Assembly (NCBI GenBank): GCA_964431315.1
Contig: CAYSJH010000015.1
Location: 8,352 to 72,351, forward strand
Direction: 5' to 3'
DNA length: 64,000 nucleotides
Source: an uncultured Bacteroides sp.
GTDB lineage: Bacteria; Bacteroidota; Bacteroidia; Bacteroidales; SM23-62
Positions 1-9,476 of the stretch are shown piece by piece (position 1 is the first letter of the stretch; every line of letters starts with the position of its first letter). A model generated the notes under the pieces. It saw only the letters and a program-made list of their open reading frames with translations, had not been told where the DNA came from and searched no databases. The position numbers and the translations under genes are program-made.

Positions 1-293
1 GCAACCCGGGTGAACAACCCCGGGAGCAGGGACAACCCGACCAGTATCAGTCCCCATATATTCAAAAAATCCACCGTGTTAAGTATAGCAGGATTGCCTG
101 CGATCCAGTGAAACACGGAGGAAAAAAGCCACCTTGATTCGACGAGGTAGCCGGCGGAGGTCCACCCCGGATCGGCCAGCTTGATCAATCCTTCATACAG
201 GAGCTGCCATCCGAGTGCGATCCTCAGAAGTGTGAATACCCACCTCAGCCAGGGCCTTTCCGATGCTGCCGTTTTTAGCGCTCCCTTTTTCAT
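1..293 (-). CDS. DoxX-family membrane protein, N-terminal part (gene runs off the left edge)
   Basis: A reverse-strand ATG at 293-291 opens a stop-free frame to position 1. It is absent from the ORF track because there is no stop in the window. Translation: MKKGALKTAASERPWLRWVFTLLRIALGWQLLYEGLIKLADPGWTSAGYL... The sequence is hydrophobic, with an RIxLGxxxLxxGxxKL pattern typical of DoxX/DoxD N-termini. Confidence 0.55.
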   Translation of the reverse strand, partial: MKKGALKTAASERPWLRWVFTLLRIALGWQLLYEGLIKLADPGWTSAGYLVESRWLFSSVFHWIAGNPAILNTVDFLNIWGLILVGLSLLPGLFTRV

Positions 294-368
294 TTCATTA
301 CCGCATTAAATAATCGTTTCAACAGGTTGTTAATGGAGGCCGTCTGCCTGCAAATTAAGAATTATCCC

Positions 369-1940
369 TTATTGTTTCCTCATCGCTTCCCTGTAATTCC
401 TTGCATTCTTCCGGTAGAAGGGCTCTGCCCCACAGTCCAGCCTCGGTTCGGCCAGAAATCCGATAAGTATCCTGAGCAGTTCCGCCTCAAGGTCAGGACA
501 GGTTCCGAGGAGGTTCTGGCGCTCCATGGAATCCACTGAAAGGTCGAACAGCGCAAGCGGTTTCAGGCTGTCTGTAAGCATCTTCATATCTCCCTGCCGG
601 ACAACTGCCGTGGCATAGGGAAACGGCTTGGTACCGGGCTGGGGATACCAGACCTCGCCCCAGGGATCTACGGAAAGGTCGAGCTGCCAGAACAGGGCCG
701 GCCGCTCGATTTCAGGTTTAACCCCGACTAAGACCTCCTTCAAGCTGATCCCGTCCACTTTGTAATTTTCGGCCGGAATACCGGCAAGGTCACATAGGGT
801 AGGCAGGAAATCGTTGGTATGGCTGAGTTGATGGCTTACCGTGCCTGCCCTTATCCTGCCAGGCCAGTGAGCGATCATGGGCACCCGGATCCCCCCTTCG
901 AACAGGTCCGCCTTTCCTCCGGTCCATGGATCGGGACAGCCGCGGTAAGAGGGACCGTTATCCGAAGTGAAAATCAACAGGGTATTTTCCTTAAGGCCGA
1001 ATTCTTCCAGGGCCTTTACGATCCTACCCACATTGGCATCCAGGTTTGCGACCATGGAATAATACAGGATATGGTCCCCCGGAGTATTATCCCCCCTGTG
1101 AAAATTCTGCCCGGGCCGTTCGGATGGCAGTGTTTCCGCGCAGTCTGAAAGAAAGGGTTCCGGGGCAGGTTCGTAGGGAGTATGCGGCGTTTTGAACCAG
1201 AGGTTGATGAAAAACGGCTTTCTCTTCCTGCCATATTTCCCAGCCAGCCGGATTGTCTCATCCGTAAAAACATCGGTAAGCCAGCGGTTTATGGGCGCAA
1301 CCGGGCGATCATCGGCATACAGGAACCTGGCTCCCCGGCGGTAAAGGATCCGGTCATCCATAAATGCAGGTAGTCCTTTTCCCCCTTCCACCATGCAGTA
1401 ATAGTGATCAAATCCCTGCTGGTTGGGACCCGGCACGGTATCCAATCCGGCCGCCCTGGCCTCGATCTGTTCCTTCCGGATGCCTCCAAGATGCCATTTG
1501 CCTATATGGGCCGTGCTGTATCCGGCATCCTGAAGCAATTCAGCCAGTGTTTGTGCTTCGGAGGGAAGAATACCGATATCGGGGAAGTACTGCCGGATGT
1601 TGTATCTGAGCGGATAATTCCCGGTCAATATGGATGCACGGGTCGGAGTGCACACTGCAGAACCGGCATAAAACTGCGTGAATCTCATCCCTCCTGAGGC
1701 AAGCGAGTCCAGGTTCGGCGTTGGAATCTGTTCTCCACCGTAGCAGGAGAGATCCCCCCACCCAAGGTCATCGGCCAGGATCAGGATGATATTCGGCTTG
1801 CTGCCAGGCGGAACCACGCGTTCGCATGCGGGTGTGGTCAGGATCACCGTAATGGAGAGAAGAAAATAAAGTATATGCAGAGACCTTAAGTCCTGCCTTT
1901 CGTTCTCAGGATGATTAGTGTCTGATCCAGGCATTGCCAT
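369..1940 (-). CDS. Cys-type sulfatase (formylglycine-dependent, S1 family)
   Basis: The ORF is 369-2021. It carries the C-x-P-x-R signature CTPTRASILTG, the metal-site N-terminus NIILILADDLGWGDL, and GKWHLG. I prefer the internal ATG at 1940 (MAMPG..., followed by the hydrophobic signal LHILYFLLSITVILTTPAC), because the 2021 start would overlap the upstream gene by 41 nt. Confidence 0.9.
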   Translation of the reverse strand: MAMPGSDTNHPENERQDLRSLHILYFLLSITVILTTPACERVVPPGSKPNIILILADDLGWGDLSCYGGEQIPTPNLDSLASGGMRFTQFYAGSAVCTPTRASILTGNYPLRYNIRQYFPDIGILPSEAQTLAELLQDAGYSTAHIGKWHLGGIRKEQIEARAAGLDTVPGPNQQGFDHYYCMVEGGKGLPAFMDDRILYRRGARFLYADDRPVAPINRWLTDVFTDETIRLAGKYGRKRKPFFINLWFKTPHTPYEPAPEPFLSDCAETLPSERPGQNFHRGDNTPGDHILYYSMVANLDANVGRIVKALEEFGLKENTLLIFTSDNGPSYRGCPDPWTGGKADLFEGGIRVPMIAHWPGRIRAGTVSHQLSHTNDFLPTLCDLAGIPAENYKVDGISLKEVLVGVKPEIERPALFWQLDLSVDPWGEVWYPQPGTKPFPYATAVVRQGDMKMLTDSLKPLALFDLSVDSMERQNLLGTCPDLEAELLRILIGFLAEPRLDCGAEPFYRKNARNYREAMRKQ

Positions 1941-1980
1941 ATTTACAATTTCTGTTCTCCATAGATTTTCAACCGTTAAA

Positions 1981-3315
1981 TCATTTTGTTCCGCCCCCGG
2001 GCTTGACAATGAGGGGTTCACTGAAATCCGATTCGAGGTCGGACCAGTTGGCCATTTTTATCCGGTAGGTATAGGTGCTGTCCGGGTCAAGCCGATAGTC
2101 GGTGAACTCCATCTTCATTGGTACCCAGGCGTCCACGTTCTCATAGAGGGCTTCGGGTCCGGGTTCATCCCCGAAATTGCCGTACTGGAAATTCTTTTCC
2201 ACATAGGTATCGTTGATCCCGATGTATTGCATGATCTGCACCCCGTTCCGGTACAGGTGGAACTGCTTGATCCCGCTTTCCAGGTCCGCATCGGCTTTCC
2301 AGCTGATCCGGATGGTCTTTTCGCCGAGGTATTCAAAGGAAAGATCATTCGGGGGGGAAGGCGGTGATGTATCCGTGACCCATCCGGTTAACACGAACTC
2401 CTGCCATTTCCGTGCAAACGCTTCATCGGGAAGCCAGACCATCGCCTTCGGATCACCCGTAAAAACAGCGGCCGGGCTTAGTTCAAAACTGCCCGTATCG
2501 CCCAACCAGGCATCATCCCAGCCGATCAGCCTCAGATCCTCTCCCGGGTTCTCCGGAAGGCGCATGTCAAAACAGGCATCAAAGAACGGGATCGTCAGCA
2601 AGCGGGAATTACCGCATTCATGATCGGTCGTCGGATCGGGAGCGATCAGCCAGGGTGCGCCGTTTTCCCTTCCGTTGGGTAGATAGGCCAGTCCCCTGGC
2701 CCGGAATCTTTCCCGGGAACCGTAATTAAAAAGCAGCGGAACATCGAAGGCTTTGGGATTATGATTCATATATCCCCCTGAGCGTGCGACCACGGCCACG
2801 ATCCGTTCGGGATGAAGTTCGAGCATGCGGGTCACCCAGCGCGCCCCACCCGAATGTCCCCAGAGCGCCCAGGGCACGGTTTCGAGTTCGGGATGGCCGG
2901 ATTGGGCAGCAAAGCTGGAAAGAGCCGACAGGAAGGCCTTTTCGCTTCCGTTCAGCGGATTATGCCAGGTGGCACAGGAATCTGCCGCCTGGTAATGGGT
3001 GCCCAGCAGGGCGCAATCCCACTTTTTTGCCAGGGCGCGCCAGTGATGGTCCCATGCCATCCACATCCCGTTGCGCCCGCATCCGTGCTGGTGGACGATG
3101 ATCCCCCTCAGGTTCTCCACCCCGTCCGGGATCCAGATCCTGTATTCCGCCAGGGCAAACAGATCCCCCGGACCCGGTTCCAGGCTGAATTCGTAAATGT
3201 TTTCACCCGTATTATCAGGTACAGTCTCCGGGCACCCGGTGCAGATTAGCAATCCGGCCAGAATGGCCGCAACCGCTAAGAATCCGGTAAAAGGTTCAGT
3301 GATTTTAGTTTTCAT
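1981..3315 (-). CDS. alpha/beta-hydrolase esterase lipoprotein with C-terminal Fn3-like domain (putative carbohydrate esterase)
   Basis: It has a lipoprotein signal (MKTKITEPFTGFLAVAAILAGLLICTGC) and a nucleophile elbow GHSGGARW (GxSxG). HQHGCGRNG may be the oxyanion region. The C-terminal ~110 aa (SPPSPPNDLSFEYLGEKTIRISWKADAD...YTYRIKMANW) have an Fn3-like pattern. Confidence 0.7.
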   Translation of the reverse strand: MKTKITEPFTGFLAVAAILAGLLICTGCPETVPDNTGENIYEFSLEPGPGDLFALAEYRIWIPDGVENLRGIIVHQHGCGRNGMWMAWDHHWRALAKKWDCALLGTHYQAADSCATWHNPLNGSEKAFLSALSSFAAQSGHPELETVPWALWGHSGGARWVTRMLELHPERIVAVVARSGGYMNHNPKAFDVPLLFNYGSRERFRARGLAYLPNGRENGAPWLIAPDPTTDHECGNSRLLTIPFFDACFDMRLPENPGEDLRLIGWDDAWLGDTGSFELSPAAVFTGDPKAMVWLPDEAFARKWQEFVLTGWVTDTSPPSPPNDLSFEYLGEKTIRISWKADADLESGIKQFHLYRNGVQIMQYIGINDTYVEKNFQYGNFGDEPGPEALYENVDAWVPMKMEFTDYRLDPDSTYTYRIKMANWSDLESDFSEPLIVKPGGGTK

Positions 3316-3325
3316 AACTTGTTGT

Positions 3326-5362
3326 TTAATATTCTAAAATAATTATGGAATGGAGCTTCAGTCCCGGTACCCTGAACCGGATCCGGTCCCCCTCGAATTG
3401 ACAGCGCAGATTCACACCTTCCGGCTCTATGCGTACAACCGCAGGTTTCCCGGGGACCTTAAGAGTAATGTCCAGCGGGCCCAGAGGCGGGATATCATTG
3501 AACGTCAGGGTACGGCTGTCGGAATGCTTCCCGGCAGTATTTATGAGATTCAGCGCAAAGTCATCGTTAAGCCTGTTCAGGGCAACGTGGACCAGGTGGC
3601 TTCCGCTCACCCTGACAACGGGATCAGGAACCAGGGTGTCTATGGCCAGACCCAGGAAATCCCTCATCTGGTAATTGGCATCGGAGGCATACTGGGCAGT
3701 CAGGTCAAAGCTTATAAGTCCGATTCTTCCATCCCCCTGATCCTTGAATGCGATGGCCGGCAATGTATCCTGAAACCGAAGGTCATTCGCATGGTAAAGA
3801 TACCCTTGCACTACCATGCCGGCCGGAGGCGAGAAGGCTGCCAGATCGGCTCTGATGTTACACATACTCTTGCCGTTATAAACATAACTGCTGGCTCGCT
3901 CTACACGTGTCAGATTTTCTATGCCGAGTGTTTCACGGAACAGGCCAATTGGACCGGGACCTATCAGCAGGAGCCTGCCTCCGCTTTCGACGTATTTATG
4001 GATCACGGGCATCAGGGTCGGATCGATCTCGTTCCAGGAGGGGATGATTATCAGGGCATACTCTCCTATCCTGTTCTTCAGGTGGTGTTCCATCAGGATC
4101 TCGGCGGTGTGCTGCCCGTCGAGCACGGCGTCAATGCAGCCGAGCAAGGGACGGAGGGATTCGTCCCAGGCCGGGTAGACGGCTGAGAGATTTTTCTCGT
4201 AATCATAACCGGAATAGAGGATTGCAATTTCGGGGACGGGGACTGCCTTATGGCACCATTTCTGGCGTTCCCTGCAGAAGGCGGCGATCTCTGCCATGAT
4301 GGGAATGGTCCACGGCTGGATGGATATATCCCGGTTTTGCTTGAAATAGACCTGCACGCCGCCTCCCATGGCCATGACCTCCGCCAGCTCCTGTTCCAGT
4401 TGAAGAGCCGATTTGGTATGGTTTGGGGTTGACCTGCCCGGATCCCAGGAAAAACTCCAGGCCATCAGGTCCCACGGCCTCCGCTGGGAAGCCATGCACC
4501 TGGCCTCAAAGGCCGCCCTGTTCACGGCGTTGCCCGGTGTTAGATCGCCCGAGAGGTAATCCAGATCCAGGTCCGCCTTTTCCGGCATCATGGAAGAAAA
4601 GGCCCAGTTGCTGGTAAGCTGGAAACCCGGATATTCCGCGTGGACCGCCTCCAGGTACCGCGCCACATGCCGTTTGAAAAGCTTGCGCTGAAAATCCATG
4701 AATTCCCGGTAACCTTCGTCCGAGGGATTTACAGGAACGTCGAGAATGCCTGTCGTCGTCCTGAATTCAGTGAGGGCTTCGGGGCCATAATCGGATTCAT
4801 AGGCCCAGCATTCGCCGTCCACCCAGACCCCTTCCACCTGGTATACCCCGGCCAGCTCCTTCAACTGGGGAATGAGGTAGGTCGTGTCATAGGGACTGTA
4901 AACCGACAGGATGCGATCGCTTTTGCTTCCATCCGGGTGAGTAACGGCCCACTGTGGAAATTCCCCCGCAACCTTCCGGTCATAGATCCCCGAGAAATGC
5001 ATGTAGAGGGCGGTATTATGCTCCGCTGTAATCTTTCTCCATAACTTCAGGGGATCCCCGACGTAACCCGCTGCCCGGAACCCGACCCTGGTCGGATAGC
5101 TGGAAATCCCCGGATGGCCCTTGCAGTCGATCTGGATGTAATCCGGATCCACGGCAGTCAGGAAAGAGTCGATCATGCCTTCGGTCAGTGTGGCCCCGAT
5201 CCTGTCGTCTCTTTCGCCGGCATGCAGATCGAAATGGATACCGAAGAAGCTGTCCTCCCGCTTAAGGCGGTGATCCCGCGGAACCGCCGTTTGATCAGTC
5301 CTCCGGGAGCATGACGGGAAGACCATCGCAGGGATCAGGACCAGCAAAAATATTCGTCTCAT
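3326..5362 (-). CDS. putative glycoside hydrolase lipoprotein (GHL6-like TIM barrel plus GH42M-like middle domain); family not firmly assigned
   Basis: It has a lipoprotein signal (MRRIFLLVLIPAMVFPSC). The N-terminal block FGIHFDLHAGERDDRIG...IQIDCKGHPGISSYPTRVG resembles the 'hypothetical glycosyl hydrolase 6' family. The ORF is long and uninterrupted, in operon context with sulfatases and GH31 genes. Confidence 0.5.
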   Translation of the reverse strand: MRRIFLLVLIPAMVFPSCSRRTDQTAVPRDHRLKREDSFFGIHFDLHAGERDDRIGATLTEGMIDSFLTAVDPDYIQIDCKGHPGISSYPTRVGFRAAGYVGDPLKLWRKITAEHNTALYMHFSGIYDRKVAGEFPQWAVTHPDGSKSDRILSVYSPYDTTYLIPQLKELAGVYQVEGVWVDGECWAYESDYGPEALTEFRTTTGILDVPVNPSDEGYREFMDFQRKLFKRHVARYLEAVHAEYPGFQLTSNWAFSSMMPEKADLDLDYLSGDLTPGNAVNRAAFEARCMASQRRPWDLMAWSFSWDPGRSTPNHTKSALQLEQELAEVMAMGGGVQVYFKQNRDISIQPWTIPIMAEIAAFCRERQKWCHKAVPVPEIAILYSGYDYEKNLSAVYPAWDESLRPLLGCIDAVLDGQHTAEILMEHHLKNRIGEYALIIIPSWNEIDPTLMPVIHKYVESGGRLLLIGPGPIGLFRETLGIENLTRVERASSYVYNGKSMCNIRADLAAFSPPAGMVVQGYLYHANDLRFQDTLPAIAFKDQGDGRIGLISFDLTAQYASDANYQMRDFLGLAIDTLVPDPVVRVSGSHLVHVALNRLNDDFALNLINTAGKHSDSRTLTFNDIPPLGPLDITLKVPGKPAVVRIEPEGVNLRCQFEGDRIRFRVPGLKLHSIIILEY

Positions 5363-5417
5363 AGGCTGACTGTTCAGGTTTGTGAAATTACTATTTAAGC
5401 GGATGTAATTATTGGAA

Positions 5418-6959
5418 TTATGGTATATTTTCCATCAGCAGAGGCTTCGGATCTTTGATGAAACCTGCCTGCCGCTGGTTTTTACCTTCCCGGCCTTCAT
5501 CCCCCAGGTCAGCATTCGCCAGCTCCGCGATTTCAAGAAGACGGGCCACGATGGCCGGATGCTCTGCGAAACGATTGTCCTGCTCGGTAACATCCTCCCT
5601 GAGATTGTAAAGCTCCCCGGCAAATGAAGCCGTGGTGTCCCGCCATGCATAGAGGATCTTATTTTCAAGGGGAAGATGGAGTTTCCAGTCTCCTTCCCGG
5701 ACTGCTTGCAGCTGGCCTTTCTGGTAATAGTAATACACTCGCGGTCCCTTTCCGGCAGATTTCTCCGGGGCTGATCCCTCTTCTGCTGATCCCGCTGCAT
5801 TGATTCTCCCGCCCTTCAGGACAGGCAGGATGTTTTCGCCGTCGATGATCCTGTCGGCGGGTACTTCCCCTCCTGCCAGTTCCACCAGGGTCGGCAGAAG
5901 GTCCATGGTACAGGTGATCGCATCGGAGCGGCTGCCAGCCGGGACGATCCCGGGCCAGCGGATCACGCATGGCACCCGCATGCCGCCTTCCCAGACGCTG
6001 CCTTTCCATCCCCTGAGTTTACCGTTGCTACCCCCGAAGGCGCTTGAGGCGCCGTTATCCGATGTAAAAACAATGAGGGTTTTGTCTTTCAGTCCCAGTT
6101 CGGCAAGAACCTCATCAATCCTGCCGGTGGACCAGTCGATCTCCTCTACAGCATCCCCGTACAGGCCGTTGGCAGATTTTCCGGTGAAAGCCTCACTGGC
6201 ATGAACCGGGTTATGCGGCATGGTATGCGGGAGGTAGAGAAAAAAGGGGCGGTCTTTGTTAGCCGTGATAAAGTCTACGGCTTCCTGGGTATAACGCATG
6301 GTCAGGGTATTCTGATCCGCAGGGGCTTCGATGACATTCTCATCCCTGAGCAGAGGCAGGGGTGGGTTCTGATCAAATTGCTCCGTTCCCATATCGTTAC
6401 TGTATGGGATGCCGTAGTAACTGTCAAAACACTGGCGCACGGGCAGGAACGGGGGCTGGTCACCCAAATGCCATTTTCCTATACATTCCGTTGCATATCC
6501 CCGTTCCTTCAACAATTCGGCGATGGTGATCTCATCGGGATTCAGTCCCCTTCTCGCAACCGGGAACAGCACCTGCCTCATATGGCCTTCCCATGCATTG
6601 ACATGCATGTTGACCCTGCGGGGATAGCAGCCCGTCATCAGGCTGGCGCGGGAAGGTGTGCATACTCCCGAGCTGGAGTAAAAGCTGGTGAGCATCATGC
6701 CCTCCCGGGCGATCTTATCGATGTTGGGGGTACGATGCAGAACGGAGCCAAAACAGCCGATGTCGCCGTATCCGAGATCATCGCAGAACAGGATGATGAA
6801 ATTGGGTTTTTCTGCCGGACGGGTACCGGTTTCCCGCCTGCCGCAGGAAAGGAAGGAGATTCCGGCCAATGCCAGGACCGGGAGCAACGTCCTTATTTTC
6901 AGCACCCTGCTATATCCTCTGAGATATGTTGCTGGATTGCTTAAACATTTACCATTCAT
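5418..6959 (-). CDS. Cys-type sulfatase
   Basis: It has the signature CTPSRASLMTG, NFIILFCDDLGYGDIG and GKWHLGD. The lipoprotein-like signal is ...LALAGISFLSC. Confidence 0.9.
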   Translation of the reverse strand: MNGKCLSNPATYLRGYSRVLKIRTLLPVLALAGISFLSCGRRETGTRPAEKPNFIILFCDDLGYGDIGCFGSVLHRTPNIDKIAREGMMLTSFYSSSGVCTPSRASLMTGCYPRRVNMHVNAWEGHMRQVLFPVARRGLNPDEITIAELLKERGYATECIGKWHLGDQPPFLPVRQCFDSYYGIPYSNDMGTEQFDQNPPLPLLRDENVIEAPADQNTLTMRYTQEAVDFITANKDRPFFLYLPHTMPHNPVHASEAFTGKSANGLYGDAVEEIDWSTGRIDEVLAELGLKDKTLIVFTSDNGASSAFGGSNGKLRGWKGSVWEGGMRVPCVIRWPGIVPAGSRSDAITCTMDLLPTLVELAGGEVPADRIIDGENILPVLKGGRINAAGSAEEGSAPEKSAGKGPRVYYYYQKGQLQAVREGDWKLHLPLENKILYAWRDTTASFAGELYNLREDVTEQDNRFAEHPAIVARLLEIAELANADLGDEGREGKNQRQAGFIKDPKPLLMENIP

Positions 6960-7016
6960 TAGTTTTCTAATTTTGCCTTTTCAATGATAATTTGATCAGG
7001 ACCGGTTCTTTCTTAT

Positions 7017-9440
7017 TTATCGATCCGCTTTCCGTAGTGTCATTTCGTACCTGTTTCCCTGGTAGGTAATGATCTCCCCGTCAGGGGTTGTTATTGCGGT
7101 TCCATTTCCGGCTGACTTGGACACCAGCACAGGGTACCACTGCATTTCGGATTTCATGCCCGGAAATGCTCCCGTCCTTTCCTCCATACTGAACTTCTGT
7201 TTCCCGTCATCCCAGGTCATTTCCACTTGGCTGTAATTCCCTTCTTCGTAGGCGTACCCGTCGTGTTGGTCATCGTACATGGTGAAGCTTACGTTCCGGC
7301 CCGGATAAATCCTGATCTCCAGGGGATCCGAGCTGACTTGGCCGGCGTACTGGATCATTCCTCCCATGGGAATAATGGAACCGGCCCTGACGAAGATCGG
7401 GATGTCGGCCAGGCTGACCGGCATTCGTACCGATTGTCCGCCTTTTAAATGCTCGCCCGTGTGGAAGTCGTACCAGCCGCCTTCGTTCTCGGGAAGGTAC
7501 ACTTTCCATTCCCTTATTCCGGGTTCCGTAATGGGACATACCATGATCGAGGGACCGAACATGAATTGCCCGTCGATATTATAAACCCGGGGGTCGTTCC
7601 TGAAATCCATCACCAGGGGCCGCATGATGGTATAATCCTCCAGGGTAACCATTCCTGCCAGGGAATAGATATAAGGCATCAGCCGGTAGCGCAGGTAATC
7701 ATACTTAACCAGGGCATCGTAATGCAGGTCTCCCGGTTCCCCGAACCTCCATACCTCCCTGGGCAGGTCAGTACCGTGGGAGCGGAAAAGGGGACAGAAT
7801 GTCCCGAACTGGAACCATCTAACGTACAATTCCTTGTAATCTTCATTGCTGATTTTACCGGGTACCGGGCGGTCCATTTTCCATTGGGAGATGTCGTTCA
7901 CGAAAAAAGCCCCGATGTCCGTGGTCCAGTATGGGATCCCTGCAATACAGAAATTCAGTCCCCCGCTGATCTGCTTTCTGAAAACATCCCAGGTAGCCGT
8001 CACGTCACCCGACCAGGTGGCCGCCCCGTACCGCTGCTGTCCTGCCATGGCGGAACGCGTCAGGTTAAAAACCCGCTTATCCGGGTTTGTTTTCCGCTGG
8101 TTCTCATAGATCCCCCTGGCCTGCTCCAGGGAATAGGCATTCATGTAGCGCATGCCCGTCCCGATGGCAGGTTTCATAATATCACGATAGTGCTCGGGGG
8201 CCCAGTCCCATCCTCTGAGCTCCGGTTCCGTGGCATCGCACCACCAGGCATCGATGCCGTATTTGAAAAGTCCCTCGTTGGCCTGCTTCCAGTAAAGGTT
8301 CCGTGCCCCTTTATTGAACGCGTCGTAGAATGACTGTGCAGCTTCGGGTTCGTACAGGTAACCCTCATGCTGCTTCATCTCCTTGAAATCAGGCGAATTG
8401 TAGGCGAGCTTCGGCCAGATGGAGATCATCAGGTGGACGTTGTAATCGGAATGAAGCTCCTCCATCATCTTTCCGGGATCGGGGAACTGCTCCGGATTGA
8501 AGCTTTTCTGTCCCCACTGGTCCCCCTTCCAGTATTGCCAGTCCAGCACGATCACATCGAGGGGTATCTTCCGCCGGCGGTACTCTTTAACCGTGGACAG
8601 GATTTCATCCTGTGTTTTGTAGCGTTCGCGGGACTGAATATAGCCGTATGCCCATTTCGGGAAGAGGGGCGCCTTACCGGTAAGGAAACGGTAACCGGAT
8701 ACCACTTCATCGGGTTCGGGACCGTAAATGAAGAAATAATCCAGTCCCCCCGCAGATTCCGACCAGAGGTAAGAGCCTTCTTCCGTATCGGAGAAAACGG
8801 TATGGCTGCAGTTGTCCCACAGGATCCCGAAACCCCCGGTCGAAACAAGCACCGGGTTCACGGCCACCATGTTGGACTGCCACAATTCCACCCGGTGTCC
8901 CCTCCAGTTCATGATCCCCTCCTGGAATTGCCCCAGCCCGTAAAGTGCTTCGCCGGTTTTCCAGTTGAAATCCTGCCGGATGTGAAGATCCTTACCTCCC
9001 TCCCACTCGAAAGGTTCAAGCTTCCTCTCACCCGCAAGAAGCACTTCCTCGCCAGCAGTTATAAAACGTATCTCCTGCGTGCCCATATCCAGGTCTACGC
9101 TCAGTTCGCGGGTCATAACCTTCAGATGGCCATCCTTGCCTTCAACATTGAATTCCGCCGGCTGGAATTCCTGCCGTGAAAGGATCAGGCTTTTACCTGC
9201 TGATTCCGTGTCCGCACGTGTTTCACTGATCCGGATGATCCTGTCACGTATCACCTGGATGGAAAGGATCGTTGAATCAGACGATATTTTCACCCCGCCT
9301 TCCGTCCGTTCAACATTTTCGGGCAGACGGGAACAGTTCCAGTTCATGGCAGCAAGCATAATGGCAGGCATAATTGTCTTCAGTTTACGTAGTGTTATTA
9401 TTCCAGTCATTTTGTACAAAGATATTAGCATAGCGTTCAA
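7017..9440 (-). CDS. glycoside hydrolase family 31 (alpha-xylosidase/alpha-glucosidase type)
   Basis: GH31 hallmarks are present: FPDPGKMMEELH, the nucleophile region GIDAWWCDATEPE, WSGDVTATWDVFRKQI and FGTFCPLFRSHG. The true start may be an internal Met (MTGII... or MPAIML...). Confidence 0.85.
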   Translation of the reverse strand: MNAMLISLYKMTGIITLRKLKTIMPAIMLAAMNWNCSRLPENVERTEGGVKISSDSTILSIQVIRDRIIRISETRADTESAGKSLILSRQEFQPAEFNVEGKDGHLKVMTRELSVDLDMGTQEIRFITAGEEVLLAGERKLEPFEWEGGKDLHIRQDFNWKTGEALYGLGQFQEGIMNWRGHRVELWQSNMVAVNPVLVSTGGFGILWDNCSHTVFSDTEEGSYLWSESAGGLDYFFIYGPEPDEVVSGYRFLTGKAPLFPKWAYGYIQSRERYKTQDEILSTVKEYRRRKIPLDVIVLDWQYWKGDQWGQKSFNPEQFPDPGKMMEELHSDYNVHLMISIWPKLAYNSPDFKEMKQHEGYLYEPEAAQSFYDAFNKGARNLYWKQANEGLFKYGIDAWWCDATEPELRGWDWAPEHYRDIMKPAIGTGMRYMNAYSLEQARGIYENQRKTNPDKRVFNLTRSAMAGQQRYGAATWSGDVTATWDVFRKQISGGLNFCIAGIPYWTTDIGAFFVNDISQWKMDRPVPGKISNEDYKELYVRWFQFGTFCPLFRSHGTDLPREVWRFGEPGDLHYDALVKYDYLRYRLMPYIYSLAGMVTLEDYTIMRPLVMDFRNDPRVYNIDGQFMFGPSIMVCPITEPGIREWKVYLPENEGGWYDFHTGEHLKGGQSVRMPVSLADIPIFVRAGSIIPMGGMIQYAGQVSSDPLEIRIYPGRNVSFTMYDDQHDGYAYEEGNYSQVEMTWDDGKQKFSMEERTGAFPGMKSEMQWYPVLVSKSAGNGTAITTPDGEIITYQGNRYEMTLRKADR

Positions 9441-9476
9441 ATTTGTATTGCGGTCTTCCCGGCGGTTGATTTCATT

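Noticed and set aside
327-539. A 70-aa plus-strand ORF at the 3-prime end of the first sulfatase.
   Set aside because: It overlaps the sulfatase C-terminus on the opposite strand and has no motif support.
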